The notes under the pieces are model-generated. The model was not told where the DNA came from and did no database searches. It saw nothing but the letters and a program-made list of their open reading frames with translations. A program made the position numbers and the translations under genes. A stretch of DNA of 63,304 nucleotides, the filler included, from Aduncisulcus paluster (Eukaryota): the NCBI GenBank assembly GCA_024181965.1. It is 5 parts of 5 records of this genome, joined end to end, with 100 filler letters (N's around TTAATTAATTAA, not from the genome) between each part and the next. Parts side by side here need not be neighbours in the genome. Positions count along the whole stretch, not along the records: positions 36,861 to 57,198 come from BQXS01012409.1; positions 57,299 to 63,304 come from BQXS01012410.1; 3 more parts are not named here. One strand, given 5' to 3'. Positions 49,701-61,790 of the stretch are shown here, piece by piece. The stretch's first letter is position 1. Every line of letters starts with the position of its first letter.

Positions 49701-51784
49701 AGAAGACCCGGACTCAACAACGGCATGCATGTTTGCTTTCCTCTCACATACTTGACAGCGCACAGTGTTGTCGACAGTCACGCCAGCATCAACGATACAT
49801 GTCTCGCCAGTACTATCAGAGGGATCAAGCGAATAGCCAGTGGGACACGCTTTCACACAATAATTTGTTTCTTTATCCAAGTAATACCCATGCCAGCACT
49901 CAACTTGATACTTGCCATCAGAGCGTTGGCGACACGTCTTGTGGGAAGAAAACAGCACAGTAGAGCCAGAGTCGGAGCATGGGCACGTGGATTGGCCAGA
50001 CGAAACAATGGCAACAGTGTTCGTGAAGTACGATTGTAACATCGAAATAGCATTGTCAATGTCACAGATGGAATTGCCACTGATGTCAAGGGAAGTTAAA
50101 GTATCGGTCGGGAACATGGAAGATGTGATGAGAACTGATACGTCAGAGATGGAGTTGTTTGAGAGATCAAGGGATGTCAGCTTGAAGGGTTGTGTGGCAG
50201 AGTCTCCATCTGCAATCGGGGTCAAATCAAGCACATCACTGATAGCACTCAAACCACATCCACTCGCAGATAACGATCTGAGACCAGAGTCAATGTGACC
50301 ATAATCATTTGTAACAGTCACAGCTTTCGACAAGATCTGAACAACCAATTTGTCATACTCAGCATTGGAATTAATATCGCCACTCAAGTCATACCCATTA
50401 ACTGTCAGAGACGTCAATGAAGTGGCATACTCAAGTCCTTGCAAAGTGGTGATGGAATTCACAGGACTTGAGGAATAACCTCTAGAAACGACAGCTTGAA
50501 GTGACAATGACTTATTACCATTAACATCCAATGGACATGACAACACACTTCTCATAGTGGCAACACTGATGATACCAGAATCAAGATTTGAAGGGCTAGG
50601 CAAACAATAATCAATTAAATACCGCCGGATTGCATTATCATGGACAGTATAACATTTACCATCATTGGCAGCCTTGGCAATGAATGCACAATGTTTCCTG
50701 TTCACACTGCTATATACCTCATTCCGAATAATCGAGGGGCATCCCTCAGTGTTTGAGTCACAGTTAGGGGAGTTTTTCCAAATATATTAAATATATCTAA
50801 AACGCTTGCGTTAAGAGGACAAATTTTCGGGAGAAAATATTTATCTTTCAAAGAAGGATCATTATTATGAACAGGAAAAACTGAGCTAATAAATGACCAA
50901 TATTCAGCATTTGTTTCTGAACGACAGAGGGGAATGGAAGAGAGAGAACGTGAATCGGCATGAGGATTACTAATGTATAATGCATGCATTCCGATATTTC
51001 TAAATAATACCGAAATGTCATAGATTTGCTCATTGGCTATTTCAAATAAATATTCTAGCCTATTTAGACGATATAAATTATTTATATCAACAATATTCAT
51101 TCGAGATGATTTGCTATTTCGATAAATATTTAACCCGTTCAATTGCGTTAGATGCTGAAGTGGTTTTATGCTCATTATATCAGTATTAGTTCCATCAATA
51201 GAACTAACATTAATCAAATATTGAGATGCTTCGAATGATGAAAGATAAAATTCATTTACCTGTAGCGACCCTCTTATCTCAGCCATCTCAAACTCAGTGA
51301 CATCACATAATGTCGCACCGTATCCAGCTTCTTCACAGACCTTCTCTCTGAACAACTTATCAGGAATATGCACGGAATACAATTGGTCACAGTCATCACC
51401 ATACCAGGCAGATCGACACCCAAGAGATGGTCTTGAACCTCCATTGGCATACCAAATACACATATGATGCCCGGAAGTATACAAAGGACATAATTTTGCC
51501 GAATCAAAAACACATTTACGGGAGTATTCGTCATAGTAATACTCATTTTTGCATTCGAATGAATAACGGCCTGGATACAGTTCGTTACACGTCATTTGAT
51601 TATTCTCCGAAAATATACTAGTACCACACCCAGGTGAATAGTGGACAGGATTGGAGAATTTTTGATTGACAACATCAAATAAAGACACAACCCCCGAGAA
51701 TATATTATCGATCTCTTCATGATAAAATACAAAACATACAATCGCAATGAGAAATAGAAAGCCTATTAACTTGAAAATAGGCAT
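46739..51784 (-). CDS. Receptor-like kinase (signal/anchor, Cys-rich EGF-like, LRRs, TM, kinase, coiled coil, helical domain), split by two frameshifts
   Basis: CRSAWYGDDC, LTSLDLSNNSISDVS, LDISGNSICD, CSLGWYGEAC, TM before KKHKK, IGHGGFGEV, HRDIKPDN, DLG. Shifts in an A5 run (~50775) and a (GAA)n tract (~47965). Confidence 0.8.
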
Positions 51785-51917
51785 GATAGTACAAATAGAT
51801 TATTGAAAATGATATTTAACTTATATATCAGAAGAAATGAAAGAGATTTCATGAAGTTTGGATCAGACCATCTTAAATAAAATTATTAGTGTAATGTTGG
51901 AGATATAATATCAGTGG

Positions 51918-52471
51918 ACTCCTGAAAACTTATTTTAAAATCATATTTTCTGCTCATGGTGGCTTCAAGAAGCCAAATTTGAGGAAACGGTCTGTAAATC
52001 GAGGACAATATGAATTTTATCAATTGTATTAATTTCTGCAATTAAATAATATCCATTTTTATCTGATTATTCTTGGCATGAATAATTCATTTCCAAGGAA
52101 ATTTGGACATTTAGAAATATGAATCAATTATCACAAAAAAAGGGCAGAAATGGGATGGAAACAAATTTACAAATATAATGTCAGATTGAATTTATGAATA
52201 AAAACTTTTTGATGTTTGCATACTCCTCCACAGTACATTCATCAAGAAAAAGTGATGAATCAGCACTTAAATCCACACAAAAATGTCATCAAGATCATTC
52301 ATATGCCTTTTATGGTATGATATGTTGTCCGATTTGTCATAATACTGTTCTCAAAGAACTCAAAGGTTGGCAAACAATCGAAAAAAAAATGTCAAGGAAG
52401 GGCATCATTCATGAATTAGAATTTATTACGGTAATAATATATTACCTGAAAAGGACTGTAAAATATTTAAA
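51918..52471 (+). repeat. ~555-bp repeat upstream of the receptor kinase
   Basis: Reverse complement of 40651-41217. Confidence 0.9.
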
Positions 52472-52619
52472 TAGAACATCAATCTTAAATTTTCTGTCAA
52501 CTTATGAATTATCCAAATACATATATAAAAAAAAAGCTTCAAGTTCAAGATAAAACAGTAAAATTAAATTGAGTTAGTTTCTTCCAATAAAATAATAATA
52601 ATAAAAATAAAAAAAATTC

Positions 52620-55600
52620 TTATAGTGAAAAGCCAATGATTCGTTTCAATACAACTTCAGTCTCTGAATTATCATTTTGCTTAATTGTGAAACACGCATT
52701 AACTCTTTTAGTAACATAAAAAGGCTGAGAAAAGAATGTATGTTTCTGATTGTTTGCGTACTCGCTTTGAGTAAGATCAATAGTGGCTCCATCACTCGAC
52801 AGATCTTCAACTTTTGTTTCATTTTCGCTATATAATCTACCATTTGATACACATCCTGAATCATTTTCACAGCCTTGAGTTATCAAAATGACTGAGAAGG
52901 CTGTGAAATTTTCTTCAGACGACAATTCAGCACATACTTGCATTTCACTGTTAGGTGTACTTGATAAAACAATACATCCAGAACCTTCAGCCAAAGTATC
53001 ACTAACAAACAGAAGCCCCCCATCAAGATAATTCGGATTTGAGTTGAATATATCACTGGAAGGATGGAAAATCAAAGGATCAATAAGTTCTTCATTCAAT
53101 AACTCACTTTGAGTGTCAATTATTGATGATAAACTTGTATCCAAAGAAGTTAAGCATGCGGTGTCATCAAAATCATAGTCAGAAATACCATTACTGTTAT
53201 AATAAAATGTTCTCACTTCATTGTTACTTGAGTTAATGCCAGCAAAAACAATGGACCACAAATCACCTACAATGGCACTGGATATATACGCATCCGTGGG
53301 ATTAGATATCATAATATTCTTGAAATCAACACCGGGATTTCCAATATTCTCAAGAGTTGAGAATGTTATATAATTAGACGACTCGTATTCTGCACTGGAA
53401 TTACCATTGACAACAGAAATATACACATTTGAATCGTTGTTATAAAATGTAACAATGGCCTCTTTGTGAGAAATGGAGCATGTGATATCAATGGGGTATT
53501 TAATTCCAAACTCAAGGTCAGAGTATATTAAAGAATATGACAATGAGGTTGATTCTATATTAGAAGTTCCATCGTCTTCGTCTTCATTTCCATCAGAACC
53601 ATCATCAAACTCAGTCTCATCATCCACAAAAGAATAAAGAACAATATAACCATCGGTAGCAGCTAATAGAAGGACAATGGAATCTCCAGTGGGGTTATAA
53701 ATGTGAGAAGAATCAATAGCATTGAGCTCTGCAACAGTAGTATCAGTGTTAAGGGGGATTGTGATTGTTCCAACATGTTGCCAAGATCTGTCTCCAACGC
53801 ATTCAGTTGTTTGAGGACTGAAACAAATTCTTCTGCGGTAAATAGTAATGTCAGTGCCATCAGAAGGAGCAAAGAATATCATAGTGAACCTTGATGTAAG
53901 CAACATGGACACTGTCGACATGGATAAATCAGAATATGGCATATCTGAGGGTAATATTGATCCATGAGTTACCAATATGGAGTATAATGTTGTACTTGAA
54001 TCAACAGGAATAAAGGATTCCAACACAGAAGAACTTTTTACAGTTGAACATGACCCAAATAACTCAATCTGAAGTGGAGTCCAAGCAGATATAGTCACAG
54101 AATGGATTGAATGAACAATACAATCGGAATCGTTAGCAGCATACAAGGAATGCACTCTCCCATTGTCATCAAGTTGGATATCAAGAAGATGCATAATGTC
54201 ACTCTCAGACACCAAAAGACCTTGAGTTAAAGGCATGAATAGAGGAGCATATAGGATATAAGAATATGTACCATCTGATTCAGAAGAAGATGATTGATTA
54301 CTATATCTACTAACGGCTATCTTCATTCCAGCAGAATTTAACATGGTTATCGGGGCACGAAGACTGGCCCTATCATTGTCGGGCAATGTTTGATCGATAT
54401 CTAGAGCGCTGGAGGAAGAAGATGTGATTAGATCGAGTGTTGGTAGAGGAAAAGGTGTAATATCATAGCCACCTACAACATTAGAGGAGAACAGGACAAC
54501 CTGAGTCGGCATTGAATCAGTGGAAGTCAGAATACCATTAGTAGAGTCAAATTCAACCATTATATTCGTGAGGACAAGGTCAGAGTCATAATAAGACATA
54601 GGAATCTTTCCGACAGAAGAGCTATCGGGTATAATTCCACCAAGAGAGAGATAAACACATTCATAAGTGACCTGGTCTGTTCCAATAGTACAGGATTCAA
54701 TGAGAACCCGTAAGGTAGAGATGTGAAGAGATGAATCATCGTACCAAGAAGAACCATCGTCATAGCCACAAATAGATGTTGAGGACAGTGAAGAAATACC
54801 GAATAGATCACGCTGTTGTTGTTCAAGACAAGCATAATATAGTAAATTCTTGGAATTTGCATCGAGAGAGGAGAGACTGTCGGGAATCGAGATAGAAACT
54901 TCCCCTGAAGAATCAAATGAAACGATACGACCTACAGCATGTTTGGGGATGGCACTGGTCTGTGTTTGGGTTGTATCGGAACCAGAAACGATAAAAATCC
55001 CACTGTCAGAGTCAGGGTTATCGCTGGAGGCCTCAGAAGTGTTGAAAAGATTATCTCTTTTTAGATATGTGCTATCATGGTGATGAACGCCGTCAACATC
55101 ATTCAAATCGGTATTTCCAGTGAGTTGAGAGAAAGAAATGTCATTGAGATGGGTTAAATCTGTGAAATCGACATCATCATCAGCGGGGGCCAAATCAACC
55201 AATTTGGAGTGATTTAGAAGAATAGAGGACGGGATATGAGTGTCAGAATCACTTGAAAGTAAAGAATAAGTTGTAGAATCTGTTTCAGGAGCATCAGATG
55301 AGACGAAACTCTTGGACATTATGGAAAGAACGTCATTATCCGAATCTTTAAGATAAACAAGACCATGGCTCTCAATTACATTATTATCCGGATCCAGCAA
55401 ATTTGTAAGTGGGAAGGATCCATAATTTTCACCATCTTGTCGACGTTCAAGAACGATATTACCAAAATTATCTTCTGGAACATATTCTTGATTATTATGG
55501 GTATGTAAAGTGTCACAAATCTCATCTGAACCGGAAGATTTAGTTGATATAGAGCCTCCTGATGAACTAGTAAGGGCATCGAACTGAGATGAAGTTAAAT

Positions 55601-55835
55601 GAAACAGATCTGTTTCACCTTCATTAATTTCACTGTGAGTAAGAATTTCCTTTCCAACATAGATTGTTTCAGTTACTTCATTGTATGTTGTCGGAACAGG
55701 AAGCTTTTTAAATGTTATTAAGATCAAAATGGAAAAAACTATGGCAACCAGAAAGCAAACGCCAGCTATTGAATCGATAATAATAATAGAAACCTTTAAA
55801 GATTTTAATTTTCCATCAGATTTTGATGAAGCCAT
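52620..55835 (-). CDS. Large Ser/Asp-rich type II membrane-anchored hypothetical protein
   Basis: Long open frame from the ATG at 55835 (MASSK); single N-terminal hydrophobic helix. Confidence 0.8.
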   Translation of the reverse strand: MASSKSDGKLKSLKVSIIIIDSIAGVCFLVAIVFSILILITFKKLPVPTTYNEVTETIYVGKEILTHSEINEGETDLFHLTSSQFDALTSSSGGSISTKSSGSDEICDTLHTHNNQEYVPEDNFGNIVLERRQDGENYGSFPLTNLLDPDNNVIESHGLVYLKDSDNDVLSIMSKSFVSSDAPETDSTTYSLLSSDSDTHIPSSILLNHSKLVDLAPADDDVDFTDLTHLNDISFSQLTGNTDLNDVDGVHHHDSTYLKRDNLFNTSEASSDNPDSDSGIFIVSGSDTTQTQTSAIPKHAVGRIVSFDSSGEVSISIPDSLSSLDANSKNLLYYACLEQQQRDLFGISSLSSTSICGYDDGSSWYDDSSLHISTLRVLIESCTIGTDQVTYECVYLSLGGIIPDSSSVGKIPMSYYDSDLVLTNIMVEFDSTNGILTSTDSMPTQVVLFSSNVVGGYDITPFPLPTLDLITSSSSSALDIDQTLPDNDRASLRAPITMLNSAGMKIAVSRYSNQSSSSESDGTYSYILYAPLFMPLTQGLLVSESDIMHLLDIQLDDNGRVHSLYAANDSDCIVHSIHSVTISAWTPLQIELFGSCSTVKSSSVLESFIPVDSSTTLYSILVTHGSILPSDMPYSDLSMSTVSMLLTSRFTMIFFAPSDGTDITIYRRRICFSPQTTECVGDRSWQHVGTITIPLNTDTTVAELNAIDSSHIYNPTGDSIVLLLAATDGYIVLYSFVDDETEFDDGSDGNEDEDDGTSNIESTSLSYSLIYSDLEFGIKYPIDITCSISHKEAIVTFYNNDSNVYISVVNGNSSAEYESSNYITFSTLENIGNPGVDFKNIMISNPTDAYISSAIVGDLWSIVFAGINSSNNEVRTFYYNSNGISDYDFDDTACLTSLDTSLSSIIDTQSELLNEELIDPLIFHPSSDIFNSNPNYLDGGLLFVSDTLAEGSGCIVLSSTPNSEMQVCAELSSEENFTAFSVILITQGCENDSGCVSNGRLYSENETKVEDLSSDGATIDLTQSEYANNQKHTFFSQPFYVTKRVNACFTIKQNDNSETEVVLKRIIGFSL

Positions 55836-56016
55836 GTTAATTGTGATCAAGACCAAAGTTTTCTGTGGCCAGTCCAGATACCAAATTATATACCCAATAT
55901 TAAATTTAACACAAGTATTGAAACCGTAAAAGAATGTTCCATATCTTTTAATTCCCCGGAATTTCTTGTTGAGGTCTGGAGTTTCAAATTCTATCTTTTT
56001 TTCGCTGAAAGAAAGC

Positions 56017-57198
56017 ATGTATGAAAAAAATTATTTTATTACATTATATGTTTTGAATGAAAAAAAAGTCGGGTGGGTAGAGGCCGAACAAATTGCTACA
56101 TCTTTGCCCCCAGCTCATCGGCCTCACCAGACGCTTCACTTTTTTTGTAATGCAGCCAATCAACCTTTATTATCAACAATAGATATGATTTGTGGAAATT
56201 CAATAGTTTTTACGGCCGGTCCAAGCTTTTCCTTCAGTTTTATGAATTCAACTGCTATTGCCATTGTTGACAGGCACGGGAGTTATGTTTGTGATTTTGA
56301 AGATAAATCCGAAGCTCAGAGTGCATATAAATATATGATGACCTTCAATAAGAGTTTTGTAAGTTCACCTCCTCCTTCTCCTCCATCCGCAGAGCTAAAA
56401 TCAACTGTTTCTGTCGATAAAAGTGTTCCTGGAGTCGAAACTGCCATTGAAAGTCAACCTACTCATTCTCAGGAACCTCAAATGACCATAACATCTGCCA
56501 CAACTGATACTGAAACCCCTTTGGACATAATTCCAAGTGGTGGTACGGAAATCACTCCAAGTGGTGCAGAAATCCCTCAAATTGACACTGAAAAGGAAAG
56601 AAATGACGATCAAATCCACGAAGAACATGTTGAAGTGGTTGATCCTGCTGAACAAAAACGTCTTGCGAAGATTGCGCAAGCTGAAGAGAAGAAACGGAAG
56701 AAAGAAGAAGAGAAAAGGAAAAAAGAGGAAGAAAAACGCAAGAAAGAAGAGGCAAAACGTCATGCTGCTGAAAACAAACGTCGTAAAGCCCGTGGACTCC
56801 CAACTCTCTCAGAAGAGGAAGAAGAAGAAGAAGGAAAAGCTCAATATGCTGAACAAGAACAATACAACAATACAACAGGTGTTGACACTGGACTATCCAA
56901 GATATCTGATGTCCGTGCTGACGATTTTTCTGGTCCCATGTATGTTGACTATCAAGATGAATCTAGTCAAGAACATGAACCTGCATATACTGCTCTCACG
57001 GCTGCTGCTTTAAAACGGATTAATAGCGGAGAGATTAAAGCTTTGTCATTGGATGATAGACGTGGTGATCCTGATTCTATTCCTCCTCCTCTTCCTCCTT
57101 CCGCTTCTTCACATGGTGGTATGTCTCAGATATCCCATCGTTTAGGTTCTCTAAGAACACATGGAACCAGTCATGAATCACGTATTTCTACTGGAGCC
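56017..57198 (+). CDS. Hypothetical protein with Lys/Glu coiled coil and Pro-rich stretches (3' cut; start uncertain)
   Basis: Open frame to the scaffold end; first ATG at 56017. Confidence 0.7.
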
Positions 57199-57298
57199 NN
57201 NNNNNNNNNNNNNNNNNNNNNNNNNNNNNNNNNNNNNNNNNNTTAATTAATTAANNNNNNNNNNNNNNNNNNNNNNNNNNNNNNNNNNNNNNNNNNNN
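57199..57298. other. Artificial scaffold spacer
   Basis: N44-TTAATTAATTAA-N44. Confidence 0.97.
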
Positions 57299-57551
57299 CC
57301 TTCTTTCTCACACCAGATTCGGAGAAAATCGCTGTGGGTCCCAAATCACCACGAGTCAATAAATTATTGCTCAATCCAACCGAAAAAGTAGAGCCACTAC
57401 CACTGTGGTCTCCATCAACCAATAAATCTTCTTGTTCACCATCACAAACTCCACCAGATTTCCCTTTTCCAACTTTCGTTTTACCCTTAGGGATTTCACT
57501 AGCAATACCATCGCCAGCTTTAACCGTCTTTGTTTTAGAAGATTTGCCCAT
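57299..57551 (-). CDS. Possible Gag N-terminus, cut at scaffold start
   Basis: ATG ORF running off the scaffold, downstream of an AT-rich stretch; weak likeness to the Gag at 4632. Confidence 0.3.
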
Positions 57552-57889
57552 TTAAATCTACCAAGATTTCTTCTCAAATGCTACCAGAGGCACGAGGGAA
57601 AATAACCACCAAATTACTTTACAGTAAAAAAAATTCCTTTAAATTTGATCAAATTGTGGTGTTAGTTACTAATAAAAGCAAGAAACACCGGAAACCAACT
57701 ATAGAAGGAAGCAAGTTTATTAGTTTGAAGAAGATCGGATTGATTCCATGAGAATCAATTACATGTCGAATCATGTCAAATAAAATATAAAATAAATATA
57801 ATAAATAAACATAATCCAAATAAATAATAATAGAAAGAATTATTGTTATAGAAATATATATGCGATAAAAGTTCCAGGTGGGGTCACCA

Positions 57890-59290
57890 CAAAAGTTTGG
57901 CTTATCCCAACTTGTAGGTTGGAATGCAATTATTGAATAATACAGCTTAAGTAGGTTTGTAAGCCATGTGAATGCTGTTAAAAAAGAGCGGCTTCTAATT
58001 TCTGCTGCTCTCCAGTCTCCTAACATTTTCTCTCGAAATTTGTTTATCAAGATGTATCCTTCCAAACTTGGGATTTCGAGTTGGGTGATTCTAATTGCTT
58101 CCATTGAAATTGGGATCAATTCTGTCATAAGAATTTCGGCAAAACTATAATAGCTTTCATTGTGGAAATTCTTTGCAAAATTTTACCTCTTCTGTTTCCG
58201 TTTTCAGATGAGAGAATGCTACTTTTAATTCAGTCCAATGCTCACAAACTTTAAAATACTCTTCTAGCATGGAGCTCCATCTCACAACAATGAATCTAGG
58301 TCGACTAATTTTATATATAGCACATATGGCATGGTTCTCTGGAGAAGGAGTTCCTAAAGCTTTGTTATAGTTTGAAAGAAATTCAGGTATTAATTCAAAA
58401 AAGAAGTTAATGTATTGTTTCAATAACTGAATTTAAAACATGGGACAAACATGGTGTCCATATTCATTCTCGACCAGCCTATTCGCTACACGCTCCATAA
58501 GAGGTTCTCTATCTGTTATTAAATGTTTGTATTCCACTTTTGTTTAATTTTAGCCTCTGAAATTCTCTAGTTATTAGCTTTGTGAGAATATCTGTTGGGG
58601 AATCTAGAAGTCGATGGATTCTCTCTGGACAATGGCCTAAGGAATGCTGCAAATGGGATAATAGATACTCTACTTGTTGTTTGTTCTTCTGAGATGCATC
58701 AAAAGTTTTTGTTGTGCACAACTTCTTCCTTGTTTCAAGTGCGTATGGATAATAGATTTCTTTTTCGAGCACAGATTGATATTCAGCATCTTTTTTTTCT
58801 CCAATGTTAACAAATCCCAATGCATATGTTCTTTCTTTGTGTCCCATAATTGCTAATAATGTTTTACCACGAGTCTGCACTTTGTCAAGAATAAGAGAAA
58901 ATTCCCCTGATTGGAATTTACTTCTGATTCTTTCATTATCTTGTTCTGCCAATTTGTGCGATACATAATAACATGAAGATGTTGAAATTTCCATTGGTTC
59001 CCCCAGTAAAAACAAAGCAGCTTGAAATTCTTTTGTGAATATTGCGTGGCATGTGTTCACAGAGACTCCAGCACAAATTGTATTCCGGACTAAGATTTCT
59101 CGAACTTTTTTCTTCTTTTCTCGTATAATATCAGTTTCGATACAATGAGATAGCATTTCTTCTTGTGGTTTAACATGTTTTTCACAGGTGAGATGATATG
59201 TCACAGATTCAAAACTTTTCAGATTTGCTCCACATATTTCACAATGCCATTTACATTTATATGGGCAGAATACTCAATATTTTTCATATA
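57890..59290 (-). pseudogene. Decayed hAT-like transposase
   Basis: HLTCEKH, FSLILDK, TDRE in a shifted frame, VVRWSSM; same family as 8534-10383. Confidence 0.8.
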
Positions 59291-59299
59291 ATCTTGGAC

Positions 59300-59605
59300 C
59301 GCATCAACAAATGTTTCTTCTTCCAAGGCTTCACTGCATCGGAGCGAGCCTTCCTTACCCACGCTTTGGTGGCTGTGACCATCTACTCAGGGGCCTTCTT
59401 GTACATTGCCCTGAGCTCGGCCCAGTACTTTGAGATCTCCTCCTTCGTGAGAGGGACATTTTGCGTTCCAAAGGGCTTGGAACCACCACCATCTTTTCTT
59501 AGACAGCATGGAGCTGGGTGATTTGACATCCCACAGTACACAAATGGGGGAAATGCTCCCTTGGTACTCTTGATACCCCAGTATTTGCCGCCGCCAACAC
59601 CAGTA
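59300..59605 (-). pseudogene. Gag zinc-knuckle remnant
   Basis: PFVYCGMSNHPAPCC resembles PMCVYCGKCEHFVWSC in the Gag at 4632. Confidence 0.45.
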
Positions 59606-59835
59606 TGTGAGTGTACTAAAAAATCGTTCGATCGCGGCTGAAAAAAATTGGAATGGAGTAAATGAATTCTTTGTATTTTGACAATAAAGGAAAATCTCTT
59701 TCTAGAAGCTGTGTATCTTGTAATAATTCGGAATTCTTTTTAGAAATGAATAAATTTAAATAATTTAAAAAACTTTCGTTGACTCGTCTTGATAATTTCC
59801 ATGGTTCTGATATAATCCTCGAAAATCCTCTTTGA

Positions 59836-59964
59836 GCCTACGCTGTGATTACAGCAGTTTTGAAATGTGAGTCATATTTACGTGGAAGAAGGTTTTTGTT
59901 ACGTACGGATCATAGAAATTTAGTTTACATCCAGAAAACACCCAATGCTAAGCTAACAAGATGG
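59836..59964 (+). pseudogene. Gypsy RNase H fragment
   Basis: AYAVITAVLKCESYLRGRRFLLRTDHRNLVYIQKTPNAKLTRW. Confidence 0.8.
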
Positions 59965-60174
59965 TGTCAGGGAGAATGATTATGCAGGGTACCTGACCCT
60001 ATGAACAACAACCCAAAAGTAATAAATTTGCTCACAGCAACATTGTTTGAGTAGGCCTAAAGCACAGAATTTAAATTCTTTGCTATTATTCGAAAGAAAT
60101 TGACCAAATTTTTTCTTAATTTATTCTACTAATAATAATCAGGCAAATACATTTTTACCTTAACAACAAAACTA

Positions 60175-61055
60175 ATGTCCTATCCAAAAATAACATTATC
60201 TCTTGCGGAAAAAGCTACTGCTTTACAAGAAAATGAATTTTCCGGGAAGACGCTTTCGAAAGAAGAACGAACCCGACTTTTATGGGATTTGTTGGCTACT
60301 GACATCCCGGATGAGATTATATCAGCTTTCGCTGGGAAAAATCTTGGAATGTCCCAAAAGAAAGACATTGTTAAAACAGAGCCAGGATCATCGAAGAAGA
60401 CAGAGAAAATTGTTACAGCACCAACAAAACCCTTATTAAAGTCATGCAGTCGTGACGACTACAGAACGTTCGTCGACAAATTCGAGAAATATAGAGCGGC
60501 TACTGGTGCGAGTTTCTCAGACGATTTTGTATCCACAAGAGCCTCCATGGAGTGGCTCGTCATGAAGCCAACTGTACGGACGATATCTTTATTGGATTGA
60601 GGGATTACTATACCCCAGCGAGTTGGACCGAACTGGAGAGGGAAATCAGGAAGGTGCTTGCGAAAGGACTTGACTCCTCCGAAAAGATCCGAGTGGCGAT
60701 TACAGACATCGCTATTGAGGCAGTGTACTGCCGGGAGCTGTACGAATCTCGTCAGAGCGACGTGATCAGTCTCATTCTAAGCCGTATAACTAATTACGGA
60801 CTGAAGAAATACGTTGAGAATGGTCTTAGAACTCCAAGACCAAACCTCAAGGACATCCTAGAGAGAGCAATCGAGTACGATGAAAGAAGTATGATTGCTA
60901 GGGCGATGGCCGACACCGACAAACGCTCTTCAAAAGATAAAAAAGGCAATGAGAAGTATTGTCCCCATTGTAGGAAGAAGGGCCACACAAAGAAAGAATG
61001 CTTTAAACTCCATCCGGAGCTCAGAAAACAAAAAAATCTATATATTAAACCTTAG
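60175..61055 (+). pseudogene. Gag with CCHC knuckle, frameshifted
   Basis: Two overlapping ORFs; CPHCRKKGHTKKEC. Confidence 0.75.
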
Positions 61056-61169
61056 TGTTTACCTTCGCAGATAAACCTTCACATGATCCTAGATCATCAA
61101 CCATGATCTATACAATTAATACTTAAATCAATCCTCTTAATTCAATATGGTAATCTTATCTAATTACCA

Positions 61170-61790
61170 ACATACGATATTACACGGACATGTGTTGGGA
61201 GGACACCATGGAATTGCTGGAACCTTTCAGCAGTTGATGGACGCTGGGCTCTGGTGGAAGTCTCGTCGAGAAACTGTAGCCGAGGTGGTTCGGTCATGTC
61301 TGACATGCCAAAAGAACAGAAGACTCCCACATCCGAAGGTGATGGGTTCGATCATGTCTCGTCCCTTTGAAGAGATCTCGGTGGACACATTTGGACCAGT
61401 GGTGCCGAATGAGACATGTGAATACCATTATCTGATAGTCATAGTCGATAATATTTCCCAGTTCATCGAATTGGTACCGGCGAAGACTGCCACCGGCCGA
61501 GAGGCAGCGGATGCGATCATAACAGCAGTGATAGCGAGGCACGGCGTCCCAGAGGCACTGAGAACTGATGGTGGGCGACAGTATAAGAATACATTAATGA
61601 ATCAACTGTGTGAAAGGTTGAAGCTGGTCCATACCATCACAACGGCTCATCACCACGAGGAGAATGGAATAGTAGAGAGATACGACCAGGAGATTTTAAA
61701 GCATTTGAGAAAAATGTACAGTCAGGGCCTTAAAAAGGGTGAATGGGTAACAGCTGTTCCTCTGATTATATCCATATTGAACAATTACTT
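61170..61790 (+). mobile_element. Gypsy integrase core fragment
   Basis: HGHVLGGHHG...CLTC, SVDTFGP, RTDGGRQY, ENGIVER. Confidence 0.9.

Noticed and set aside
55681..56016. TAA read-through as Gln (diplomonad-type code) joining two + strand ORFs
   Set aside because: Clear cellular genes here end in TAA or TAG and lack internal TAR codons. The upstream ORF is mostly antisense to another gene.
56019..56068. Possible GTATG...AG intron
   Set aside because: No recognisable branch point, and the frame is open without splicing.
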